Assembly: GCA_030324005.1 (NCBI GenBank) | Contig: JARDVH010000025.1 | Span: 45,179,439-45,243,438 of the forward strand | Length of the DNA stretch: 64,000 nt | DNA from: Negaprion brevirostris | Taxonomy: Eukaryota | Reading direction: 5' to 3' | In this document: one piece after another, positions 11,819 to 23,886 of the stretch | Layout: each line of letters starts with the position of its first letter | Numbering within the stretch: the first letter of the stretch is position 1 | The notes under the pieces: generated by a model | What the model saw: the letters and a program-made list of their open reading frames with translations, nothing else | What the model was told of the DNA's origin: nothing | Database searches by the model: none | Position numbers and translations under genes: made by a program

Positions 11819-12727
11819 CTCTGGGTGATAAAATACTCAATTGCTTTATGTTTTCATTAGCTCACAGCCTCTGGATTTCTATATGAAATGCATTCATCAT
11901 TGTATTCGATTATGAAAATAATTATTAGTTGCAATGTCATAATAACTCCTTTGATGTGACAAAAGTTGCCTTGTGACATAATAGAGGTATGAATTTTCAA
12001 TGTGAAGCTTCTTTGTATACACATCTTCAGTGCTGTGAGTTATGAGATCTTTGTCACTTGTGAAAATCTCATTCTTCCCAATTGTGCATCGAATACTCAT
12101 TCTGGGTCAATAAACTACAGAAAGACCCCAAAGGCACTAACAGATGAAATTCAGAGTTTATTAGACACTGCCTGTGAATTAGGAAAGCAACACTAATGCA
12201 TTTCAATCAAGGTGCTCCCAGCATTAGTGCACATTCTTCACATGTTCTCAAGTTGTTAACCATCTGCCCTATGGAAGCAAAGGAAGAATAATTAGCCATT
12301 TACAAGAAATAATGATATACTTTGAAATTTAATTTCTTCAAAAACTCAGTCAATATGCTTTAAAAAGTTAGGTAACTTGAATCATCAAAACCTTTTTTTT
12401 AGCAGCAATCTGTAAACATTGTTTGAAAAGGTTAATGGTTCAGTGCTTTTAAATAATCGAGTAGCAATCTTCCAAAATCTGGCATCCAAAGACCTGGCTT
12501 TGCCTGCAGTATTTTTGTTAAGAATTGATTGCGATTTGAACTAAGTTAGTTATCCAGCTAGGCAGAGACGTGATAAATAATCACAGAGAATGAGGAAATG
12601 GTAAGGGTGTTAAACAAATTCTTTGTTTCTGACTTTGCAGTGAAAAGCATAAATTACATAACAGAGGACAGCCAAGAGGCTAATAAGAATGAGGAATGTA
12701 AGATAATCAATATCAGAAGAGGAGTTC

Positions 12728-13170
12728 ACAAGGCTAATTAGGGATGGACAATGAATACTGGCCTTGCCAGCAAAGCCCACATCCCTGGAATGAATATAAA
12801 AAAAAGAAAAGGGATTATTGAAACTTAAGGGACTAAAGGCTGACAAACCTCTCGGACCTGGTGGCCTAAATCATAGAGTTCTGGTAGCTACCCAGATTGA
12901 GGTTGTGGTGGTTATGATTTTCCAAAATCATCTCTCCTTTTAAATCAGCACTCATTCTTACGTGTATAGGCCCAACCTGTTCAACCTTTCTTCATAGGAT
13001 AAACTCTTCATCCAGGAATGAGTCATGTGAACCTCCTTTGAACTTCTGAAATCAATTTATATTATTTTCAAATCAGGAGACTAAAACTTTACACAGTATT
13101 CCAGATGTGGTCTCATCAAAGCCCTCTACAGCTACAGTAAAAGTTTCCAACTTTTATATTCCATCCTCCC
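12728..13170. mobile_element. Cluster of LINE fragments: CR1/L2-type tail (+, 12728-12806), CR1 ORF2 piece (+, 12810-12930), CR1 3' piece (-, 12935-13170)
   Basis: attagggatggacaatgaatactggccttgccag tail; LKGLKADKPLGPGGL motif; cacagtattccagatgtggtctc. Confidence 0.7.
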
Positions 13171-13209
13171 GTTAAATCTTTGTGACAAAGGAATCCATGA
13201 ACTGTTCAC

Positions 13210-14200
13210 AATGATTGTTGGAGGTGAGAGTAGGGAAGACTGTTGAGAGGGGTTTAAGGAAAGGGTTTGCAGTTGAAGTGGAAGCTGACAGTTATTTTTG
13301 TATTCCACGATGACTCTAAAGCAGTGAACAGTTTTGGCAAATACCAAATGAGCTGATAGTGTTTTATGTGTCCCAGTCAAATCTGATGGTGAATGAATAA
13401 ATCAGGTATCCATTTATGTCCACTTCCCTTGGACATAATGGAGCCAACAAGGGAAAGGCCACAGTGAAAGAGAATAATGATAATGAATAATAATGAGAAT
13501 ATGGGCATCAAAGGTAGAAATGAGAGTTTAATTTGGCAGATCACTAACTACAGAAATATTGTAGCGAATGGAAGGCTAAAAGCGAGACAGTTGAAATTTT
13601 GAAAGTGCTATTTCAAGTAATATGGACAGAGCTTTTTCTGCAGGAGAGGACACAGAAGGAAGTAAAGTTGGGAGGAGAAAAGGGATATAAGAAAATATCA
13701 GAAGCCTTATCTGTGATTGACATGATAGTAGGAGTATCAAAGCCATGTGAGGTGGCAAGATCAAGAAAGTGATAGTGAATATGTTGGAGGGAGAGATGAA
13801 ATGAGGTTAAGAGGGAAGTGAGCTCAGGGGAGAGAGTTTGTGATGAACTGAGATAGATTGAAATCATTGAAATCATTAAAGATCAGAAGTCGTTCAATGT
13901 AGATGCTGGGATAGGATTGTAATGAAGATACCTCAATGAGAAACTTTAGTGGTCCTTCAGTGGGCAGTAAAGAATGAGGATTTTAAATGAAAGGCAAGCT
14001 GGGTGGAACAAGGTGAGGTTTTCAAGAGAGAAATTGCCAGAGGATGTGGGGGGACAGACTGGGGGCAATTTGATGGTAAGGACTGCAACAGTCTGGGAGG
14101 GGCAAGTTGTGAAACAAATAGGCAGGTGGAGAGGCTACATTTATAGAGAAAGTGTTATCACCGCTCAGTTAAGTTTGTGTCTCAGCCATAATATTGACCC
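13210..14200 (-). mobile_element. Ancient L2-type LINE, endonuclease region
   Basis: LLIFNDFN and SPELTSLLTSFHLSLQHIHYHFLDLATSHG resemble the APE motifs LGDFN and TH..GH.LDL; the - strand is pyrimidine-rich as in L2. Confidence 0.6.
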
Positions 14201-14334
14201 AATCATTCACATGAAGGTCATAGGTGGAAAGTTCCTTATTTGTAAGTGAAGGGACATTCCGGAGGGAGGTGCAGGGAGGGCTGCTGAGAGCGGTTTTACT
14301 GACAGGCTTCACAGTTTAAGGATTCATAAATCCT

Positions 14335-14668
14335 TGGAATGTAGAAGGAGGACATTCGGTCCATTGAATCTGCACTGACTCTCCAGTAGAACATCTTACC
14401 CAGTTCTAAACTGGTAATCCCACATACTTACCCTGCTAATCCCCCTAACCTGCAATCTTGGGACACTAAAGGGCAATTTAGCATGCCCAATCCACCTAAC
14501 CTGCACATCTTCGGACTGTGGGAGGAAACTGGAGCACTCAGAGGAAACCCATGCAGATACCGGGAGAATGTACAAATTCCATACAAACATAACACAAGAC
14601 TGGAATAGAACACAAGTGTTTGGGGCTGTGAAGCAGCAGTGCTAACTATTGTGCCACCATGCCACCCT
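14335..14668 (-). mobile_element. HE1-type V-SINE
   Basis: Full head, V-domain and tail. Confidence 0.9.
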
Positions 14669-14811
14669 GGGTGAAGTGAGTTGAACTGGGAGCAGATTGA
14701 CAAGATTGAGCCTCTGGATGGTGTATTTTTTTGTTGTTGCTTCTGAAGCTGCTTCCATAGCCCCTCCTGCACCTGAGACATGTGTTAGCAAAGGAAGGCA
14801 GGAAAACTTTT

Positions 14812-14864
14812 TAAAAGTTTAAAGTTTATTTATTAGTGTCACAAGTAGGCTTACATTAACACTG
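14812..14864 (-). mobile_element. Alternative 3' tail of a V-SINE, running into a gap
   Basis: aaagtttatttattagtgtcacaagtaggcttacattaacactg matches the tails at 24510, 39690 and 61405. Confidence 0.7.
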
Positions 14865-15465
14865 NNNNNNNNNNNNNNNNNNNNNNNNNNNNNNNNNNNN
14901 NNNNNNNNNNNNNNNNNNNNNNNNNNNNNNNNNNNNNNNNNNNNNNNNNNNNNNNNNNNNNNNNNNNNNNNNNNNNNNNNNNNNNNNNNNNNNNNNNNNN
15001 NNNNNNNNNNNNNNNNNNNNNNNNNNNNNNNNNNNNNNNNNNNNNNNNNNNNNNNNNNNNNNNNNNNNNNNNNNNNNNNNNNNNNNNNNNNNNNNNNNNN
15101 NNNNNNNNNNNNNNNNNNNNNNNNNNNNNNNNNNNNNNNNNNNNNNNNNNNNNNNNNNNNNNNNNNNNNNNNNNNNNNNNNNNNNNNNNNNNNNNNNNNN
15201 NNNNNNNNNNNNNNNNNNNNNNNNNNNNNNNNNNNNNNNNNNNNNNNNNNNNNNNNNNNNNNNNNNNNNNNNNNNNNNNNNNNNNNNNNNNNNNNNNNNN
15301 NNNNNNNNNNNNNNNNNNNNNNNNNNNNNNNNNNNNNNNNNNNNNNNNNNNNNNNNNNNNNNNNNNNNNNNNNNNNNNNNNNNNNNNNNNNNNNNNNNNN
15401 NNNNNNNNNNNNNNNNNNNNNNNNNNNNNNNNNNNNNNNNNNNNNNNNNNNNNNNNNNNNNNNNN

Positions 15466-15867
15466 CCCCACCCCCCCCCCCCCCCCCCCACTCCTTCCCC
15501 CCAGGCCACGGGTAATTGAAGGTAAGATGGGGTTGCAGAGAGGGAGAGAGAAAGTCAGAAGAAGGATCAGGGGCCAGCTTCCTGCTTCGATCAGGCACAA
15601 GTACCTGACAGCAAGACAATTCCCTGTCCCTTCCTGGGTAGCAGCTAGCAAACCAATTCCTAGCCACCACTAAATTGTGGTGGGCTCAGATATAAGTGGC
15701 TCATTGTTGAGCTGAATTGACATCCTGCCATCATGTCAGTCCCTTCCATCCTCTGACATAATCAGGGGAGATTTTGCCATGGCCAGGAGACTGAAGTGCA
15801 TGTCCCATGATTAATTGGACCCAGTCACCATAATTCCCTCTGCAATGGGCTGCATTAAATTCAGCCC
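15466..15867. mobile_element. Non-autonomous DNA transposon, right part
   Basis: GC-rich and ends in taaattcagccc, like the TIR at 59900-59912. Confidence 0.4.
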
Positions 15868-16001
15868 AATAACATGGAAAAATAAACTCTTCAGTACAAC
15901 TGATCTGTATTTGTGTTTATCCTCCGCATGAGTAGAAGCATTAATCGATGTTACCGCCCTGTTCTCATTTACTGTAGTGTTCCTCTCCTTCAACAACTTA
16001 C

Positions 16002-16016
16002 AATCCTCACAATCCT
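16002..16016 (-). other. Candidate 15-nt microexon
   Basis: - strand: cc(t)9aatgcag|AGGATTGTGAGGATT|gtaagt. Splice signals only; no transcript evidence. Confidence 0.2.
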
Positions 16017-17268
16017 CTGCATTAAAAAAAAAGGTTTCTCCTGTTTTTGCTCCCAATCTCTTACGTGATTAAGGTCATTATTAGACAGCAATTTATCAAA
16101 ATATTACTGAACTCAAGAAAGAAAAATAAATGCTAAGTGACATCAGTAATAAATGTGAAGCCTTGCTGAGTGATATGTGCCCTCCACGCCCGATTGTCCA
16201 ATTTGTTAGCACCTTGAGAATGCAAGTCTGGAGCAGGATCTCTGTACCATTATATAGTATGTTTGGCGTGAAGATTTGTATCGAACTTTATTATTTACAA
16301 AATGTTATTTTGCAATTGCTAAGAACAACATGCTAGCTGCTTTTCCTTCTCGGCTACGTGATTTCACTTGTACATAAGGGGCAATTTTCCAACTTCGCAC
16401 TCCCATTGAGAAGCCTTGCCTGCTGGCAATGAATATCGAAATCCAGGAGCACGCTGTGGTTGATTTTCTAAATACATGGTCACAAAATCATGCACAGCAC
16501 TGCTCGAATGTCCAATATGTCTTCTCAGCAGCTGGTGCTTAGAACATTATCCCTATAGTGTCTATGCAGTTTGCTGAAGGTTTAGTAAAGCATCACGTGC
16601 TGTTTAATATCCAATTCAACAAGGGGATTTGAATATTTAAAAGAAACATATTTTCAACCCTATGAATATTACCTATAGAAATGAAACTATTAACTGGCTC
16701 ATACTCCTCTATTACTCCACCAGATTCTTGCTCTATGCAGTAAAATGCGTGTGAAGATTATTCAGAAAATACCCCATGTACAGTTATACAAAAGTGGTGT
16801 AATGTAAAATATCTAACATGCAATATCCTTCAAGCTGTTAGACTCAATTGCTTAGCAGATGATGTGGTGATGGTTTTAAAATTATTTTTTGATGATTGGT
16901 TTTCTGTTGTTTAAATAATAATCTTGTGCACAACAGACAAAGCAGTACAATTTTATATTGGCTGTGAGCTATTTTAATGATTTTTTAAAAAAGTCACTCT
17001 TTTTCTCTGTTGCAATGTAACAAAAGTTTTACTGCAACTGTAATATCATTGTATCAGGAACATCTAGATTGTGGGAATTAAGAGTGCTAGATTTCACATA
17101 CTGCAAGATTGTCATAACAAAGCAAGGCTTTCACAATTATCAGCATCTCTTCCTTCACGTCTCAAGTTCCCAGTGGTTCCAGTAAGCAAAGTTGATCCAA
17201 TACAAAAGACTGGTAGCATATTGGCATGCTAGCTTGTGTAATACAATCTGTTCTTTGTGTTTCTGCAG

Positions 17269-17388
17269 TCTTACTGCCATGCAGCATTTTACAGTTTGCT
17301 CATTGATGATTGGGATGGCCTCCACATATCCTTGAATGCTATTGTCTCGCAATTATTGAGGATTCACCAATCGAGATACAATTGGCAG
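17269..17388 (+). CDS. Candidate 120-nt internal coding exon, unidentified (SYCHAAFYSLLIDDWDGLHISLNAIVSQLLRIHQSRYNWQ)
   Basis: Acceptor ctgttctttgtgtttctgcag and donor CAG|gtacca; only phase 0 is open; not repeat-like. Protein not recognised. Confidence 0.25.
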
Positions 17389-18429
17389 GTACCACAATAG
17401 CAACCAATAATGCCACAGGAAGATTTCAAATCTCCAACCTCCTTTAAGCACTGTAAATGATCATTTGCCTTTGTTAGCTGCAGATGGTTTTGACAAGCAA
17501 GATATCTTTGCACACAGTGTATGACATAATACACCTGTACCCTGGGAGATAATTATGCATTGCAGTGGCAAATGATTATGCATTAATTCAGTACCCTTAT
17601 AAACAAATGTAATTTTTTCCCCTATTTTACAATATACAATGCTTTGTTGAATGTTTGTTAATATTCCAAGTAAACCATATACTCTCATATTCTCATCATC
17701 AGATATCTTGTCAAAAGGATTTCAAATTATATTGAGGAAGGTATGCCCTCACTAATGAGACATGAATAAACAGCCCAAGGACAACATCTGACAGGCAATT
17801 CTCAAACTTTCACCTAGCAGGAGTACATATCAAGATCCAGGAGTATACTGACCAGCATCATTATTATAAAGTTTTGGAAAATTATTCACAATTATTGACA
17901 TGAGAATCAATCATCCCATTCTGCCAAGTATCTATTTGTATGATGATGTAATTAGGAATGTAGTGATGACATCTTTTTCTGACCCGAACCATACTTACCT
18001 TGCATCTGTATTTCTTCAATCTCTCCATAGATGGATAGNNNNNNNNNNNNNNNNNNNNNNNNNNNNNNNNNNNNNNNNNNNNNNNNNNNNNNNNNNNNNN
18101 NNNNNNNNNNNNNNNNNNNNNNNNNTTATAAGAATATGACTCAACTTCACATAACTGCGCAAAACAAAGAATATTTTTCCACATTAATAGGTACCTTACT
18201 TCACTGAAAACTGACTTTTAAGTGTTCCTCCACATTTTAATTTGTGTGAATGTCTCTCTCAGTTTTCTATTTAAAACCTGAATTCTTACGAAGCATCCAA
18301 CACCCAAAAGCTTCAGTGCAAGTATTATCATTCCCTCCCTGTTCACAGCCAAAAACAGTTCAAAGACTTGAGTGGCATGATGTGTTTTTTCATTTGTTGA
18401 GACAGACTAAAGGATTGCTTATTTAAAGT

Positions 18430-18783
18430 CATTTGATTTGATATGATTTGTTTTACTGTTGTCACATGTTTTAGTATACAGTGAAAAGTATTATTTCTTG
18501 CGTACTATACAGACAAAGCATACTGTACATAGAGAAGAATAGGAAAGAGTACAGGGTATAGAGAAAGATCAATGTAATACAAGGTAGGTCCATTCAAAAG
18601 TCTGATGGCAGCAGGGAAGAAGCTGTTCTTGAGTCGATTGGTACATGTCCTCAGACTTTTGTATCTTTCTCCCAACAGAAAAAGGTGGAAGAGAGAATGT
18701 ATGTGGTGTGTGGGGTCCACTCGTTGTCCCTCTCCCAATCAATGACCCCTCCCATAAATGAACTGGCTGCTTTTCTGAGACAG
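18430..18783 (-). mobile_element. Rex1/Babar LINE 3' fragment (copy A)
   Basis: DPTHHIHSLFHLFLLGERYKSLRTCTNRLKNSFFPAAIRLLN and a (CAAAT)n-like tail. Confidence 0.85.
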
Positions 18784-19309
18784 NNNNNNNNNNTATCTTT
18801 TTCCTGACGGAATAATGTGGAAGAGAGTATGTCTGGGGTATGTGGGGTCCTTAATCATGCTGGCCGCTTTTTCAAGTGGCAAGTGTAGACAATGTCAATG
18901 GATTTGAGTGATGGACTGGGCTTCGTTCATGACCCTTTGTAATTTCTTGTGGTCTTGGACAGGGCAGGAGCCACACCAAGCTGTGGTACAACAGAAAGAA
19001 TGCTTTCTATGGTACACCTGTAAAACTTGGTGACAGTAGTAGCAGACATGCAAAATTTCCTTAGCCTTCAGGGAAAATAGAGGCGTTGATGGGCTTTCTT
19101 AACTATAGCATTGACATGGAGGGATCAGGACAGGTTGTTGGTAATCTGGACACTGAGAAACTTGCAGCTTTCAACCGTTCCCACTTCATCTCCATTGATA
19201 TAGACAAGGCGTGTTCTCCACTACGCTTCCTGAAGTCAATGATTAGCTCCTTCATTTTGCTGACATTGACAGAGGGATTTTGCCACCGCACCAGTTCACC
19301 AGATTCTCT

Positions 19310-19437
19310 GGCCGGAATTCTCCCATCCTGCCCGCCACTGGAATTTTAGTGAGCGGATTGCGGACAATGTGAAACCCCGTTGACAGTTGAGCAGGAATTT
19401 CTGGCTTTTAGTCAAGCGCGGCTGGAGAATTGCGTCT
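19310..19437. mobile_element. MITE inserted in Rex1
   Basis: Imperfect TIRs ggccggaattctcc / ggagaattgcgtc interrupt the Rex1 RT region. Confidence 0.7.
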
Positions 19438-20325
19438 GCTATCTCTTTTCTGTATTCCATCTCATATTGTTTGAGATCCGACCCACTATGGTGGTGTCAC
19501 CGGCAAACTTAAAAATCGAGATGGAAGGGAACCTGGCCACACAGTTAAAGGTGCAAAAGGAGAAAAGTAAGGAGCTGAGGACACAGTCTTATGGAGCACT
19601 GGTGTTGAGGATCATCATGTTGCCTATTCTTATTGATTGTGATCTGTGGGTCAGGAAATGTGGGATCCAGTCACAGAGGAAGGAGCCGAGCCTCAGTCCA
19701 TGGAGTTTGGAGATGGGTTTTGTAGGAATAATCATGTTGAAGGCTGAGCTGTATTCAATTAATAAGAGCCTGACATAGGTGTCTTTGTTATTTAGATGTT
19801 TCAGAATTGAGTATAGGGCTAGGGAGATGGCGTCTGCTGCAGAGCTGTTGCGGCGAAAGGCAAATTGTATTGGATCCAGGCTGGAAGGCTGGAAATGATT
19901 TGTGCCATGACTAACCTTTTGAAACATTAACATAATGTCAGAGCCACCAAATGATTGTCACTAAGGCATGCGGCCTGGCTTTTCTTTGGTACTAGGATGA
20001 TGGTCACCTTCCAGATAAGGTATAAAGATTGGTGTAAAGAGAGGTTAAAGATGTCTATGAATAACCCACTAGGTGGTCCAATCAGAGTCTGATTGCTCAT
20101 CCAGGTACCCCACTTGACTTGAACGACTCAGACCTGGACTTCAGCAAGCAGTCGATATTTCCTGTTAGTCCATGGAAAACACACGGATTTGTTTTTTTGG
20201 TACAGTCTTCTACACATTTACTAATGAAGTTAGTTCCTTTATATACTCTGTCAGGTTGATCACTGAGTTTCTAAATACCAATGAGTCCACTGACTCGAAG
20301 CTGTCCCATAGGAGATCATTCGATT

Positions 20326-20628
20326 CATAAGAACATAAGAAATAGGAGCAGGAGTAGGCCATCCAGCCCTTCGAGCCTGCCCTGCCATTCAATAAGATCA
20401 NNNNNNNNNNNNNNNNNNNNNNNNNNNNNNNNNNNNNNNNNNNNNNNNNNNNNNNNNNNNNNNNNNNNNNNNNNNNNNNNNNNNNNNNNNNNNNNNNNNN
20501 CCAACATTAAATTCCATTTGCCAGTTCCTGGCCCATTCGCCCAGCCTATCTAGACCCTTCTGCAGACTCTCCACACCCTCCACGCAATTTGCCGTTCCAC
20601 AAATCTTGGTGTCATCAGCAAATTTCAA
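20326..20628 (-). mobile_element. Young CR1 3' fragment (gap-collapsed)
   Basis: KFADDTKICG...LQKGLDRLGEWARNWQMEFNV plus tail ttcttatgttcttatg. Confidence 0.9.
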
Positions 20629-20629
20629 G

Positions 20630-21146
20630 CCATATGGAGGGCAGGTGCCCTCTTACCCACTCTCTTATGAATCTCTTTTGGTTCCATTTAAGAAGCCAAA
20701 CACCCCATTAACTTCCTTTAGCACCAGAAAATAAAACTGGCAGCATCTGTAAATGATACAACAATCGAGGGAGCACATTCACTTTAATCAGTGCTATCCT
20801 GCCCAGCCACAAGATCAGTAAGGAGGGCTAACAACACTCAATAAACACAACTAAGGGGTTGGGGAGGTTGCATTAAATAACTGGCAGAATGAGGGCACAA
20901 TGGTAATATTCAAATAAATGAAACATGAGGGGGATCATCTAGATAAAGGGGAAGAGAGCAAGTGGGGCAGAGGTCTCCCTCGAAGTCTACCCAGCGGCAT
21001 AACCTTGGATTTTGCAAAATTAATTTTATAGCCCAAAAAGGAGCCAAAGCTACCCACAATATCAACAGTAGCAGGAGCAGAAACACCTGACTCCAATACA
21101 CAAAAAGCAACACATCATCAACATAAAACGTGACCTTATGTTGCTT
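20630..21146 (-). mobile_element. L1-clade ORF2 internal fragment
   Basis: HKVTFYVDDVLLFV (YADD motif), FGSFLGYKINFAKSKVMP and WLGRIALIKVNVLPRLLYHLQMLP, all typical L1 RT and post-RT motifs. Confidence 0.85.
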
Positions 21147-21579
21147 TCTGATTCCTCAGATCAACGTTGCACAAATTTCTTTGATGGGTTCTCCCGTTTC
21201 AGTTTTTGCTTGTAATCCGGGAACAGGAGCACAGCCTTGTGGTCTGATTTGCCAGTATGCGGATGGGCAATAGAGCGTTAGGCATGTTTGACATTTGTGT
21301 AGCAGTGTTCTAGGATGTTTGGGCCTCTGGTAGAACAGGAGATGTATTGGTGGTATCTTGGTAGGATGCTCGTGAGTTTGGTTTGATTGAAGTTCCCGGC
21401 CATGATGAACAAGGCACCGGGCTGTTTTATCTCAAGGCTACTTTTGGTGGTGTATATTTCGTCCAACATAGTCTTCATGTCTACATGGGGTGGAATGTAA
21501 ACTGCTGTCAGGAAAACAGAGGTGAATTCCCACGGAAGGTACTGGGGGCGGCATTCAGCATCAGGAGGTCTAGCTCACC

Positions 21580-23886
21580 AAAGAACAAAGAACAATACAG
21601 CACAGGAAATAGGCCCTTCCGTCCTCCAAGCCTGTGCCACTCATGCTTCCAACTAGATTATTCATTTGTATCCCTCCATTCCCAGGCTGCTCATGTGGCT
21701 ATCCAGATAAGTCTTAAACGATCCCAGTGCATCTGCCTCTACCACCTTGCTTGGCAGTGCATTCCAGGCCCCCACCACCCTCTGTGTAAAATATGTCCCT
21801 CTGACATCTGTGTTAAACCTTGCCCCCCTCACCTTGAANNNNNNNNNNNNNNNNNNNNNNNNNNNNNNNNNNNNNNNNNNNNNNNNNNNNNNNNNNNNNN
21901 NNNNNNNNNNNNNNNNNNNNNNNNNNNNNNNNNNNNNNNNNNNNNNNNNNNNNNNNNNNNNNNNNNNNNNNNNNNNNNNNNNNNNNNNNNNNNNNNNNNN
22001 NNNNNNNNNNNNNNNNNNNNNNNNNNNNNNNNNNNNNNNNNNNNNNNNNNNNNNNNNNNNNNNNNNNNNNNNNNNNNNNNNNNNNNNNNNNNNNNNNNNN
22101 NNNNNNNNNNNNNNNNNNNNNNNNNNNNNNNNNNNNNNNNNNNNNNNNNNNNNNNNNNNNNNNNNNNNNNNNNNNNNNNNNNNNNNNNNNNNNNNNNNNN
22201 NNNNNNNNNNNNNNNNNNNNNNNNNNNNNNNNNNNNNNNNNNNNNNNNNNNNNNNNNNNNNNNNNNNNNNNNNNNNNNNNNNNNNNNNNNNNNNNNNNNN
22301 NNNNNNNNNNNNNNNNNNNNNNNNNNNNNNNNNNNNNNNNNNNNNNNNNNNNNNNNNNNNNNNNNNNNNNNNNNNNNNNNNNNNNNNNNNNNNNNNNNNN
22401 NNNNNNNNNNNNNNNNNNNNNNNNNNNNNNNNNNNNNNNNNNNNNNNNNNNNNNNNNNNNNNNNNNNNNNNNNNNNNNNNNNNNNNNNNNNNNNNAGTCA
22501 ACATCCTGATAAACCTTTTCTGTACTCTCTCCAAAGCCTCCATGTCCTTCTGGTGGTGTGGCGACCAGAACTGGATGCAGTATTCCAAATGTGGCCTAAC
22601 CAACGTTCTATACAGCTGCAACATCACATGCCAATTTTATACTCTATGCCTCATCCAATAAAGGCAAGCATGCCATATGCCTTCTTCACCACTGTCTCCA
22701 CCTGTGCTGCCTCCTTTGAGGATCTGTGGACTTGCACACCAAGGCCCCTCTGTGTGTCTATACTCTGATGGTTCTGCCATTTTTTGTATAGCTCCCCCCT
22801 ACATTAGATCTGCCAAAATGCATCACTTTGCATTTATCTGGATTAAATTCCATCTGCCATTTCTCCGCACAATTTTCCAGCCTATCTATATCCTGCTGTA
22901 TTCTCTGACAATGTTTATCACTATCTGCAACTCCAGGAATCATTGTGTCATCTGCAAACCTACCGATCACACCAGCTACATCTTCTTCCAAATCATTTGT
23001 ATCTATCACAACCAGCAGAGGTCCCAGTACAGAGCCCTGTGGAACACCACTAGTCACAGACCTCCAACCTGAAAAAGACCCCTCCACTGCAACCCTCTGT
23101 CTTCTATTGCCAAGCCAGTTCTCCATCCATCTAGCTAGCTCACCTTTTATCCTGTGAGATTTAACCTTTTGCACAGCTTGCCACGAGGGACCTTGTCAAA
23201 CTCTTTACTAAAATCCATATAGACTACATTCACAGCCCTTCCCTCGTCAATCGTTTTTGTCATCTCCTCAGAAAACACAACCAAATTTGTGAGGCATGAC
23301 CTCCCTCGTACAGAACCATGCTGTCTATCGCTAATGAAATTATTCCATTCTAAATGTGCACATATCCTATCTCTAAGAATCTTCTCCAATAATTTCCCTA
23401 CCACGGACGTCAAGCTCACCAGCCTACAATTACCCGGGTTATCCTTGCTACCCTTCTTAAATAACGGGACCACATTTGCTATCCTCCAATCCTCATCTGT
23501 TCCAGTGAAGAGACAAAAATTTCTGTCAGAGGCCCAGCAATTTCATCTCGTCTCCCTGAGCAGTCTAGGTTAGATGGCATCAGGCCCTGGGGATTTGTCT
23601 GTTTTAATGTTTCCTAAAAAACTTAACACTTCCTCCCTTGTAATTGAGATTTTTTCTAACGGGTCAACACATCCCTCTGAGACACTACCAGTCAACATGT
23701 CCCTCTCCTTTGTGAATACTGATGCAAAGTATTCATTTAGGATCTCACCTACTTCCTTGGGCTCTAAGCATAATTCCCCTCCTTTGTCCCTGAAAGGTCC
23801 GATTTTTTTTCCCTGACATCTCTCTTGTTCCTAACGTATGAATAAAATGCCTTAGGATTCTCCTTAATCCTATCTGCCAAGGACAT
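21580..23886 (-). mobile_element. CR1 LINE, 5'-truncated ORF2 with RT domain, inserted in Rex1
   Basis: LADRIKENPKAFYSYV, VPLFKKGSKDNPGNCRLVSLTSVVGKLLE, SGVPQGSVLGPLL, RFADDT and LYRTLVRPHLEYCIQFWSP; frameshifted; tail tgttctttgttct. Confidence 0.95.

Noticed and set aside
14819-15670. Long ORFs of 200-460 aa here and at 21383-22768, 25838-26494 and 48368-49177
   Set aside because: Artefacts of N runs translated as X.
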